From Spirochaetia bacterium (GTDB lineage: Bacteria > Spirochaetota > Spirochaetia > UBA9216): a stretch of DNA of 64,000 bases. Below are positions 27,782 through 36,025 of this stretch, in pieces. Every line of letters begins with the position of its first letter. Position 1 is the first letter of the stretch. The translations under genes were made by a program, and so were the position numbers. The stretch is from NCBI GenBank assembly GCA_963675665.1, contig OY776510.1, forward strand, positions 320,001-384,000. The letters run 5' to 3'. The notes beneath the pieces were generated by a model. The model had not been told where the DNA came from. It did no database searches and worked only from the letters and a program-made list of their open reading frames with translations.

Positions 27782-29128
27782 CTATTTTAAAAGTTTGTCA
27801 GAAGCTGCGTTTAACCCTTCTTTCAGGATTTTTATCAAATTTAAAATCTCTTCTTCCGTAACATTTAAAGGTGGCGCGATCAACAGGTTATCTCCTCCAG
27901 CCCCCCTGTTTACCATACCCATATACGGATACACTATTAGTCCCCTTTCAGCACACTCTTGTGTTACTACAGATGAAGCTTTTACTGAAATTGGAAATGT
28001 CTCTTTTGTCGAAGCATCAGCCACAATTTCTATTCCATACATCAAACCAATCCCACGAATATCACCAACGATTGGAATACTTTTTAGTTTTGAAAGTTCT
28101 TTGTTCAGTAATTGTCCCTGCACTTCAACATTCTCAATAATTTTATTAGCTCTAATGTACTTTACAACTTCAACTATAGCTGCAGCCGTTACTGGATTCG
28201 CATTGTATGTGTGCCCATGCATAAAATGCCCACTTCCGATTTTAATTGCATTCATTATTTCATCACGTATAATAACACCTCCGGCAGGCGAATATCCCGC
28301 TGTTATTCCTTTAGCAGAAGTGATAATGTCGGGAACAATATCCCAATGATTTACACAGAACTCTTTACCTGTCCGTCCCATTCCTGTCATAATCTCGTCT
28401 GCAATCAGAAGAATATCGTTCTCAGTGCATATTTTTCTAACCAGTGGCCAGTATTCATCCGGAGGCCTTAAAGCACCGACAGCCGACCCTACAACAGGTT
28501 CGGCTATGAATGCTGCAATATTTTCTGACCCATAAGAGTTTATTGTTTTCTGAAGTTCCTCGGCACACATCAAATTACAGCCTGGATATTCTTTTTCATA
28601 AGGACATCTATAACAATAATGTTCAGGTATCTTCGGATGATCCATAAACATTGGAGAAAATATTTTTCTTCTGGGGATATTCCCGCTTACTGCCATACAG
28701 CCTATTGTTGAACCGTGATACGAATTCCATCTTCCTATAATCAGACGTTTTCCATATGACATTTTATCCCGCTCACAGTAATATTGTCTTGCCAATTTTA
28801 TAGCTGACTCAATCGCCTCACTCCCCCCACTTACAAACCATATATGATTCATGCCATCGGGAGCAAATTCCGCTAACAGACTCGCCGCTTCTTCAGTCTT
28901 CTTGTTTCTCCATCTTGACGGATGAGCAAAGTTTATAGTTTTTAGTTGTTCATACATTGCTTCAATAATTTCCGAAACGCCATAACCCAGATTGTTTACA
29001 AGAGCTCCGCTACATCCATCGAAATACCTTTTACCGTCTTCATCAATAATATATTTTCCTTCAGCACGTATTGCCAATTTTATATCTGCGTTGTAGTTGC
29101 GCGGTATGTTCTGCCCTTTTTCTTTCAA
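27782..29128 (-). CDS. Class-III PLP aminotransferase (BioA/omega-amino-acid type)
   Basis: Motifs SGGSEAIE, SYHGST, FIAEPVVG, LLIADEIMTGMGRTG, SAKG, HGHTY. The TTG at 29128 follows AAGGAG and is preferred to 29206. Confidence 0.9.
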   Translation of the reverse strand: MKEKGQNIPRNYNADIKLAIRAEGKYIIDEDGKRYFDGCSGALVNNLGYGVSEIIEAMYEQLKTINFAHPSRWRNKKTEEAASLLAEFAPDGMNHIWFVSGGSEAIESAIKLARQYYCERDKMSYGKRLIIGRWNSYHGSTIGCMAVSGNIPRRKIFSPMFMDHPKIPEHYCYRCPYEKEYPGCNLMCAEELQKTINSYGSENIAAFIAEPVVGSAVGALRPPDEYWPLVRKICTENDILLIADEIMTGMGRTGKEFCVNHWDIVPDIITSAKGITAGYSPAGGVIIRDEIMNAIKIGSGHFMHGHTYNANPVTAAAIVEVVKYIRANKIIENVEVQGQLLNKELSKLKSIPIVGDIRGIGLMYGIEIVADASTKETFPISVKASSVVTQECAERGLIVYPYMGMVNRGAGGDNLLIAPPLNVTEEEILNLIKILKEGLNAASDKLLK

Positions 29129-29150
29129 ATTAAACTCCTTAATCGTGTTT

Positions 29151-29163
29151 TTGGTATTACCGG
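29151..29163. promoter_or_regulatory. FadR-type operator box (aminotransferase promoter)
   Basis: TTGGTATTACCGG. Shares TTTGGTATTACCRGATAC with the 27675 site. Confidence 0.65.
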
Positions 29164-29707
29164 ATACAATCATACTACAATGCTTACATTTTATCAAGAA
29201 AAACATTATAAGATTTCACATAACTATAAAAAGTTTCAAATGCTGGGCAGGTCACTTATTTTCAGGATGCAGCCTTATAGCATAAACCTAAATGAAATTA
29301 TTTGTTTTTTTAAAAAAAGCATAAGAATTTCTACTTTTTGCAATCATTTCAACTCATTTAATGAAAATGATCTTATCGTCCTTAGATAATTCAAAAAGAG
29401 TGTATGCAAACACATTAATGACGAATAAAGGGACATTAAAATATCTTCCGGGAAACATTTTGAAATCAGGGTAGTGCCAAGTTTTTACATCTGAGAGAAA
29501 TAAACTTTATAAAAAAAGTAACCCCGTTTTAAAAAGTTTTGACTGATAATGAAGCAAGCCTGCCGGACAGCTCTTGCCCGGATTAACAAAGTGCCGGGTT
29601 TTTTATGATCTTCCTTGAAGAACAATCTGAAAATTATAAGTAACCAAAAGGAGCTCAATCAGCTGACATAACTAGTTTTTTAAATTGTTATTAAATTTAA
29701 AATATAT

Positions 29708-30418
29708 TTATTTTTGTCTTTTTTTTGTCAGTAGAGAAATTCTTTCAAAATTCTTCATATGTTTCTCCATCTCAACTGCAGCGCCTTCAATATCCTTGTT
29801 TACAATCCGCTTCAGTATAGCTTTATGGCTTTTCGCTGAAGCTTCGGTTCTTCCGGGAAGGATATTGCTGAATTCAACAAAACTTTCTATCAAATTGGAA
29901 AATAGTGTATAAATCAATTCCAGGAAAGTATTCTGCGTTGAATGAATGATTTCCATATGAAATTCTATATCAAGCTTTGAAATCTTTTTTCTATTCGTCA
30001 CATTTTCATCCATTCCTTCGATGATTTCCTGAAGTTTTTTGACGTTCTCATCTGTTCTGTTCGCTGCGGCTAATTTTGCAGATTGTATTTCTATTATTCT
30101 CCGAAATTCTGCAATTTTCTCGATTTCGTATTTATCTTTATTCCTTGCATAATACAGTTTAAAAACCTCAGAAATATTATCGACTTCTATTTGCTGTATA
30201 TATGTTCCGCTGCCTGGCTGTGTCTCAAGCAGACCTTTTGCATTCAGTATATTAAGTGCCTCTCTAATAACGGTTCGGCTGACATTGAATTTTTCACATA
30301 ATTCTCTTTCAGTAGCCAGCCTGCTTCCAGTTGCCAATTCCCCTTTCAAATATAACTCTTCTATTTGATTTGCAACCTGATACGATAATTTATCCTGCCT
30401 GAAAACCGGTTCATACAT
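29708..30418 (-). CDS. FadR/GntR-family regulator
   Basis: 236 aa. Motifs RLATERELCEKFNVSRTVIREAL and DIEFHMEII. Confidence 0.92.
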   Translation of the reverse strand: MYEPVFRQDKLSYQVANQIEELYLKGELATGSRLATERELCEKFNVSRTVIREALNILNAKGLLETQPGSGTYIQQIEVDNISEVFKLYYARNKDKYEIEKIAEFRRIIEIQSAKLAAANRTDENVKKLQEIIEGMDENVTNRKKISKLDIEFHMEIIHSTQNTFLELIYTLFSNLIESFVEFSNILPGRTEASAKSHKAILKRIVNKDIEGAAVEMEKHMKNFERISLLTKKRQK

Positions 30419-30470
30419 TTATAGCTCCTTGAAAATCCTATCTTATTACACAAATAATGTTTCATATAAT

Positions 30471-30490
30471 TTGGTATTATATATTACCAG
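30471..30490. promoter_or_regulatory. Candidate autoregulatory FadR site
   Basis: TTGGTATTATATATTACCAG upstream of the fadR-like gene; both half-sites match the 27675 box. Confidence 0.5.
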
Positions 30491-30611
30491 AAACATGTTT
30501 ATACTTCAACACTGAATTTTCTGCTTCTTGTACATATTAAAATTCAGCAAATCTAACCAATATTATTCTATAACCGACACTTTTCATAAACCTTGTTTTT
30601 TAAATTGTTAA

Positions 30612-30650
30612 TTGACAAATATATTACTTTTATATATGTTATATATAACA
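30612..30650 (+). promoter_or_regulatory. Promoter/operator of the DRE-TIM gene, near-identical to the TRAP permease promoter
   Basis: TTGACA-17-TATGTT with the palindrome TGTTATATATAACA (30637-30650). 33 of 37 nt are identical to 24762-24726 read on the minus strand. Confidence 0.7.
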
Positions 30651-30670
30651 GAATAAGGAGGAAAATCCAC

Positions 30671-31885
30671 ATGAAAAATTATTACCGTAAAAAGGACGCA
30701 TGGTGGGTAAGCCCATACAATTACTACCATGAAGTAATCGGAGAATTCTCTATTCCTGACAAGGTTTCAATACACGATGCGACGCTAAGGGATGGTGAGC
30801 AAACACCGGGAGTGGTATTCAGACCCGAAGATAAAATTAGTATAGCAAAGAAGTTATCATCCGTCGGGGTTGAAAGAATAGAAGCCGGAATGCCTGCTGT
30901 TTCACAAGATGACTATAAATCAATACAGGAAATTACCAAGCTGGGTTTGAATTCAAAAATTTACTCATTTGCCAGAGCTCTCAATTCAGATATTGACAAA
31001 GCCGTCGAATGCGGAGTTGACGGTGTGGTTCTTGAAGTGCCAATCGGTTATCCTAAACTAAAATATCAATTCAACTGGACATGGGAGGATGTTTTTAAAA
31101 AGAGTGCCGATGTAATCAACTATGCGAAGAGTAAAAATCTTGAAGTTGTCTATTTCCCCTATGATACAACAAGAGCAAGAGAAGAAGATATAGACCAGCT
31201 TCTGTATAACATTATGAAATTCTCACCTCCTGATTCTATAGGCGTAGTAGACACAATGGGCTGTGCTTTACCTCAAGCTATTGTTTACCTCGTAAAAAAA
31301 TTCAAGGATATGACAAATCTCCCCATAGAGATACATACCCATAACGATTTCGGAATGGCGGTTGCTACGGAACTCATGGCTGTCACCGCAGGTGCCGAGG
31401 TAATACATTCTTGTGTAAACGGGTTGGGAGAAAGAACCGGCAACGCTGCACTTGAAGAATTAATGATCTGCCTTCATATCCTCCTGGGAATAAAAACCAA
31501 TTACAAGTTCGATCAGCTGATGGAACTTTCCGATCTTGTCCGCAGGCTTAGTAAAACAGATTATGCAAAAAATAAACCGGTTGTTGGTGAACGAAATTTC
31601 ACAAGAGAATCGGGAATAGGCATAGATCTCGTTATAAACCAACCCCTCGCAATGTTCGGCACTTCACCAAGCTTTACAGGAAGAAAAGGCGATATAGTTC
31701 TGGGGAAAAAAAGCGGGAAATTATCAGTCGAATACTTTCTAAAGAAACATGGATATGAAAATGATATCGATGATACTATAAAAAACACAATTTTAGAGGA
31801 AATAAAAAAACTCGGCATCAAGAAACAGGGGCTCTTAACTGATGGAGAATTCGACAGTATAGTAAAAAAAATTCTTGAAAAGTAA
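30671..31885 (+). CDS. LeuA/homocitrate-synthase-like DRE-TIM metallolyase without a LeuA regulatory domain
   Basis: Motifs HDATLRDGEQTPG, IEAGMP, DTMG, HTHNDFGMAVA, NGLGERTGNA, LGKKSG. ATG at 30671 follows AGGAGG. Confidence 0.85.
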   Translation: MKNYYRKKDAWWVSPYNYYHEVIGEFSIPDKVSIHDATLRDGEQTPGVVFRPEDKISIAKKLSSVGVERIEAGMPAVSQDDYKSIQEITKLGLNSKIYSFARALNSDIDKAVECGVDGVVLEVPIGYPKLKYQFNWTWEDVFKKSADVINYAKSKNLEVVYFPYDTTRAREEDIDQLLYNIMKFSPPDSIGVVDTMGCALPQAIVYLVKKFKDMTNLPIEIHTHNDFGMAVATELMAVTAGAEVIHSCVNGLGERTGNAALEELMICLHILLGIKTNYKFDQLMELSDLVRRLSKTDYAKNKPVVGERNFTRESGIGIDLVINQPLAMFGTSPSFTGRKGDIVLGKKSGKLSVEYFLKKHGYENDIDDTIKNTILEEIKKLGIKKQGLLTDGEFDSIVKKILEK

Positions 31886-32110
31886 ATATATTGATTCTTC
31901 AATAATCGAACCAGGATTAATTGTATATACAGTTAAACAATTATATTTATCTTTTTTAATCAATTGTTCTGGTTCTAATTTTTATACGTTAGGGTTTTCG
32001 GTATCAGCTATATGTTATTACATCAGTATTTGAAAACGAAGTTCAATAAACCACTATTATCCATACTTTCCGTTTGCCCAGCTTGTCGAAACCGTGGCCA
32101 GGAACCCTCC

Positions 32111-32148
32111 AAATAAAAGGACCGCCCTTTCGGACGGTCCTTTTATTT
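32111..32148 (-). terminator. Rho-independent terminator (probably bidirectional)
   Basis: AAATAAAAGGACCG-ccctttcgga-CGGTCCTTTTATTT just after the stop at 32160. Confidence 0.8.
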
Positions 32149-32159
32149 TATCAATGCTA

Positions 32160-34643
32160 CTATTCAATTCCCGAAACGGCAAATTCAACCCTTCGGTTCT
32201 TCCACCTGATGCTTCGATCGGTGACCGATACCATCGGGTATTTTCCGCCGAAAGCTTCCATCTGTATCCGATCCGGATCCATTCCCATTTCAACAAGGGT
32301 TTTCCGAACTTCCTGCGCGCGGTTTTCAGTCAGCGGATAGAGGATTTCCTCTTCTTTTTCTTCACGGTCTCCGCCGCGATATATATTCAGAGCATGAGCA
32401 TCGAGGATCAACCCGTATTCGGGAAAACGCTCCGAAAGTTCTATAATTCTACCGAGTGAAGAAATGTTTTCCTTATACTGTGCAGGCCCTGCGGAATCGA
32501 GCTTATATTTATAGGCCCCGAAAATTATATTCGGTACCATAACAAAATACTTGCCGTCTTTCTTTATAAGCATTACATCAATAGGAATCCTCTCCTGGAG
32601 GGTTGATGTATTGCCGGACTTGTCCGTTACCCTGAGCTTAATTGTATACTTCTCGCCGCTGACGATGTTTATTCCGTTATCGGAGGTACTCCAGGTTATA
32701 TCACCGCTCGGATTTCCTTCGCCGGCATATGTTCTGATATTATTGCCGTGCTCATCATAGATATCCATCATCCAGCCGCGAACCGCCTGATCTTCTTCAA
32801 CATCAACCGAGATAAAAACCGATCCTTCAAGGCCCTTTTCCGTTTCGGCGAAAGCATTGGTCCTGACAACCATCCTGATTTTCGGCGGCTTGTTATCAAG
32901 AACAAAAAGATCAGATTCGGTTTTAACAAAATCTCCTTTCAGGTAATCTACATAAAGCACCGCCTGGTAAACGCCCTCAAGCGCCGGGGCAACATTACCT
33001 TCCTGAAGTATCATGCCGTCCCAGGACAGTTCGGCAGGAAGAGTATCGGTTCCCCTGAACGAGGTCAGAACCTCGCCGGAATCATCGATTACTACTATCT
33101 TCCATTCCTTGACATCGGTATGCAGATCAGATTCAATCTGAACATGAAGCTTGTCTTCAAATCCGTCCCCGTTGGGTGAAAAACCTGCCGGAACTTTCAG
33201 GACTGTTGAGACCGGGCGCCGATCAATTTTAAACGTTAAGGGTTCGGCATATGTAACATTTCCGGCAAGATCGGTAAATACTCCCAAAACAAGATACTCT
33301 CCGTCGGGTACTTCTTTACCGTCAGGGGCCCTGCCGTCCCATTTTACAAGCGACGTTGTTCTTGAATAATCCGTTTCCATTACCACCTTGCCGGTCATAT
33401 CGATGATACTGCCTTCCCAGGTAACAACTTCATTTGCCCGGTATCGTACGGAAACGGTATCTCCCAGGCCGTCGCCGTTGGGAGAGAACGCAAGGCGTTC
33501 GGGTATTATTTCAACATTGGGCGCGGTTATATCGATTATTATGTCCTTCTCTGCTACCGGGCGCCATGAGTTTTCATATTGAACAGACATGGAAAACAGA
33601 TAGTTTCCGGGGTAAAGCGGCAGCCCCGATTCATTCAGGCCGTCCAGAACAACTGTTTCAGGCAAACCGTCGGATGCAGCGCCCTTTTTCTGCATTACCA
33701 CGCCGCCGCCGTCTGCAAGCGACCAGCTCCATGAAACAATATCTTCCTTCAATTCATAGGCCGGGGTTATAACCACTTTGTCTTTTACACCGTCGGCATT
33801 GGGAGAAAAAACAGAAGTATCCGTTTCAAGAACAAGGCGGGGCGACATTCCGTTAATCACAATTCCCTGAATCTGATATTTATCAGACTTGTTTCCTGCA
33901 AGGTCGGTCGTTTGAATTTCATAACTGTATTTACCGTCGGAAAGCATCTTTCCGTCGTCATTCAGGCCGTCCCAGAGGACATCTCCCGGTGCTTCATTGC
34001 TCCAGTCAAAGGTTTTTACAGGTTTACCGGCGCTGTCTTTAAAAACGCCCTTCCATTCCTTTTCTACGGTTCCGTCCGCCTGCAGAATAATCAGCACATC
34101 GCCGTTTCCGTCATTATTCGGAGAAAACAACAGCGACTCAGGCTTCTTAACCGATACGGACGGTTTTTTCGTATCGACAATAAAATCATCAACATCTATC
34201 TCTGTAATCTGGTCGGAAGCGTCCATAACCCAGACGGTAACTTTATAAACTCCGTCGGCAACCAGATTGCCGTCGGGGTCGGTTCCGTCCCACGTAATCT
34301 TTTTCTCCAGATTAAACTCATCATATCCGCGAAAAATCTGAAAAAGCCAGAAAACATCGCTTTTTTCGGTCTCTATTTTTTCTGCTACGACATTTCCGGC
34401 GGAATCAGTAATTCTCAGACCATATTCGGGAACATACCCTTCTTCACTCTTTACATAAATCTTTACGCTGAATTTAAGGGTAGCATCATCCATAACACCG
34501 TCTCCGTTGGGAGACAGGTACTGTGTTCCGGAGGTTACCGGCGGTATTTCGGGAACTTCCGCGGATCCGAACGCAAACAGCGATAATCCTGATACTGATA
34601 AAAACAGCACTGTTAAAAGGGCCGCTTTTTTAAATACAGACAT
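32160..34643 (-). CDS. Exported FlgD-Ig-like repeat protein with a C-terminal OmpA-like domain
   Basis: Signal peptide. Five (F/L)SPNxDG repeats plus WDG and DxAGN motifs. C-terminal LTENRA..V..L..G...RI...G...P...NRRVEF. ATG at 34643 follows GGAGG. Confidence 0.8.
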   Translation of the reverse strand: MSVFKKAALLTVLFLSVSGLSLFAFGSAEVPEIPPVTSGTQYLSPNGDGVMDDATLKFSVKIYVKSEEGYVPEYGLRITDSAGNVVAEKIETEKSDVFWLFQIFRGYDEFNLEKKITWDGTDPDGNLVADGVYKVTVWVMDASDQITEIDVDDFIVDTKKPSVSVKKPESLLFSPNNDGNGDVLIILQADGTVEKEWKGVFKDSAGKPVKTFDWSNEAPGDVLWDGLNDDGKMLSDGKYSYEIQTTDLAGNKSDKYQIQGIVINGMSPRLVLETDTSVFSPNADGVKDKVVITPAYELKEDIVSWSWSLADGGGVVMQKKGAASDGLPETVVLDGLNESGLPLYPGNYLFSMSVQYENSWRPVAEKDIIIDITAPNVEIIPERLAFSPNGDGLGDTVSVRYRANEVVTWEGSIIDMTGKVVMETDYSRTTSLVKWDGRAPDGKEVPDGEYLVLGVFTDLAGNVTYAEPLTFKIDRRPVSTVLKVPAGFSPNGDGFEDKLHVQIESDLHTDVKEWKIVVIDDSGEVLTSFRGTDTLPAELSWDGMILQEGNVAPALEGVYQAVLYVDYLKGDFVKTESDLFVLDNKPPKIRMVVRTNAFAETEKGLEGSVFISVDVEEDQAVRGWMMDIYDEHGNNIRTYAGEGNPSGDITWSTSDNGINIVSGEKYTIKLRVTDKSGNTSTLQERIPIDVMLIKKDGKYFVMVPNIIFGAYKYKLDSAGPAQYKENISSLGRIIELSERFPEYGLILDAHALNIYRGGDREEKEEEILYPLTENRAQEVRKTLVEMGMDPDRIQMEAFGGKYPMVSVTDRSIRWKNRRVEFAVSGIE

Positions 34644-34701
34644 GAACTTCCTCCAAATATGCTTCAACTTATAAATTATCTCATTCTACCATATAAAACA
34701 T

Positions 34702-35883
34702 TCATGAGGCAAAGAAGTTACCTCTTTTAAATGTTGTCACCCCAAAAAATGACGTCAAATTCCGTGGAAGATCGGTAAAAGATGCTCTGATTCCCAGATT
34801 CTGCGCCTTTTTTCCTTTTACGTAATAAAGAAGAGGAACATATTCACGTGTATGGTCTGTCCCCTTAAAAGTCGGATCACATCCGTGGTCGGCTGTAATA
34901 ACAAGAAGGTCGCCTTCATCCATAAGTTCAATCATTTCGGGCAGTCTGTCGTCTACAGCCCTGACAGCATCATGATACCCCTGAACATCGCGCCTGTGCC
35001 CGTAGACCATATCGGTATCAACCAGATTCACAAAAATAAACTCGGCCTTTTCCGGTTTTACGGAAAGCAGCTTCAACGTCCTGTCGATACATGCGGGATT
35101 TCCTTTATCAGGCCAGGTTTCATCTATGCCCTGTCCATTGAATATATCGCCTATCTTGCCTACGGCTATGGTTTTAACTCCTTCCGTCCGCAGATGGTCA
35201 AGAATTGATTCTTCCGGCAGCGCAATGCTGTAATCATGGCGCCGGCTGGTTCGACTGAAAGCTCCCGGACGGCCTTCAAAAGGTCTGGCGATTATACGGC
35301 CGACCATGTAAGAATCACATAACCGGCGCGTAATTTCACAAATGCGGTAAAGTTCATCAATCGGAATAATGTCTTCATGCGCAGCAATCTGAAAAACCGA
35401 ATCGGCTGATGTGTAACAGATGGGCGCACCTGTTTTCATATGTTCTTCGCCCAGTTCTTCTATTATAGCGGTGCCCGACGCAGCTTTATTTCCGAGAATG
35501 GTCCGACCGGTTTCTCTTTCAAAAGCATCAACCAGCTCAGACGGAAAAGACGGATATTCCGGCGGAAAGACAGGAAAAGGTTTATCCAGAACAATACCGG
35601 CAAGTTCCCAGTGACCCGTCGTCGTATCCTTTCCGGGAGAAGATTCGTTCATAACGCCGTATGAAGCAAGCGGGGCGTCGACCGGGGGGCAGCCTTTCAG
35701 CTCGTTCCCAAGCAGCATGGACGCGTTGCCGAGTCCGAGTTTCTGTAAACTGGACCAGTCGGCTCCGCCGGGTACATTTTCACTTATGTGCAGTGCTGTA
35801 TTCGAACCGACATCCCCGTATCTGTCGGCATCCGGCAGCTCTCCGATCCCGAAACTGTCTATTACAAGTACTGTCGCACGCAT
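34702..35883 (-). CDS. deoB: Phosphopentomutase
   Basis: 393 aa. Motifs VIDSFGIGELPDA, GKDTTTGHWE, YTSADSVFQIAAHE, YGHRRD, TADHGCDPT, TDHTRE. Confidence 0.96.
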   Translation of the reverse strand: MRATVLVIDSFGIGELPDADRYGDVGSNTALHISENVPGGADWSSLQKLGLGNASMLLGNELKGCPPVDAPLASYGVMNESSPGKDTTTGHWELAGIVLDKPFPVFPPEYPSFPSELVDAFERETGRTILGNKAASGTAIIEELGEEHMKTGAPICYTSADSVFQIAAHEDIIPIDELYRICEITRRLCDSYMVGRIIARPFEGRPGAFSRTSRRHDYSIALPEESILDHLRTEGVKTIAVGKIGDIFNGQGIDETWPDKGNPACIDRTLKLLSVKPEKAEFIFVNLVDTDMVYGHRRDVQGYHDAVRAVDDRLPEMIELMDEGDLLVITADHGCDPTFKGTDHTREYVPLLYYVKGKKAQNLGIRASFTDLPRNLTSFFGVTTFKRGNFFAS

Positions 35884-35991
35884 TATATTAACCTCCGAAC
35901 TTTGCTGCCGGGGAGGGCAGCTCTACAAAAATATCGGCAAATGCCCTGTTAATATCAATATACTCCATTTTCAGCCTTATTCAAAAAAGAT

Positions 35992-36019
35992 TTGCCGTCG
36001 GACAGGCTTATGTTATAAT
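35992..36019 (+). promoter_or_regulatory. Promoter with extended -10 immediately before the glnA-like start
   Basis: TTGCCG-16-TATAAT preceded by TG (TGtTATAAT, 36011-36019). The ATG is 6 nt downstream. Confidence 0.6.
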
Positions 36020-36025
36020 TTTCTT

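Noticed and set aside
29210-29700. Possible IS remnant or small gene in the ~500-bp gap between the aminotransferase and fadR
   Set aside because: No partner inverted repeat, TSD or transposase motif could be identified, and the short frames lack an RBS.
20500-32110. att-like direct repeats or an integrase bounding the AT-rich island
   Set aside because: No convincing repeat pair, integrase or tRNA target was found; the boundaries rest on composition only.
35717-36025. 103-aa N-terminal extension of the GS-like ORF
   Set aside because: It overlaps the deoB start on the opposite strand and spans the predicted promoter; the ATG at 36026 is more plausible.
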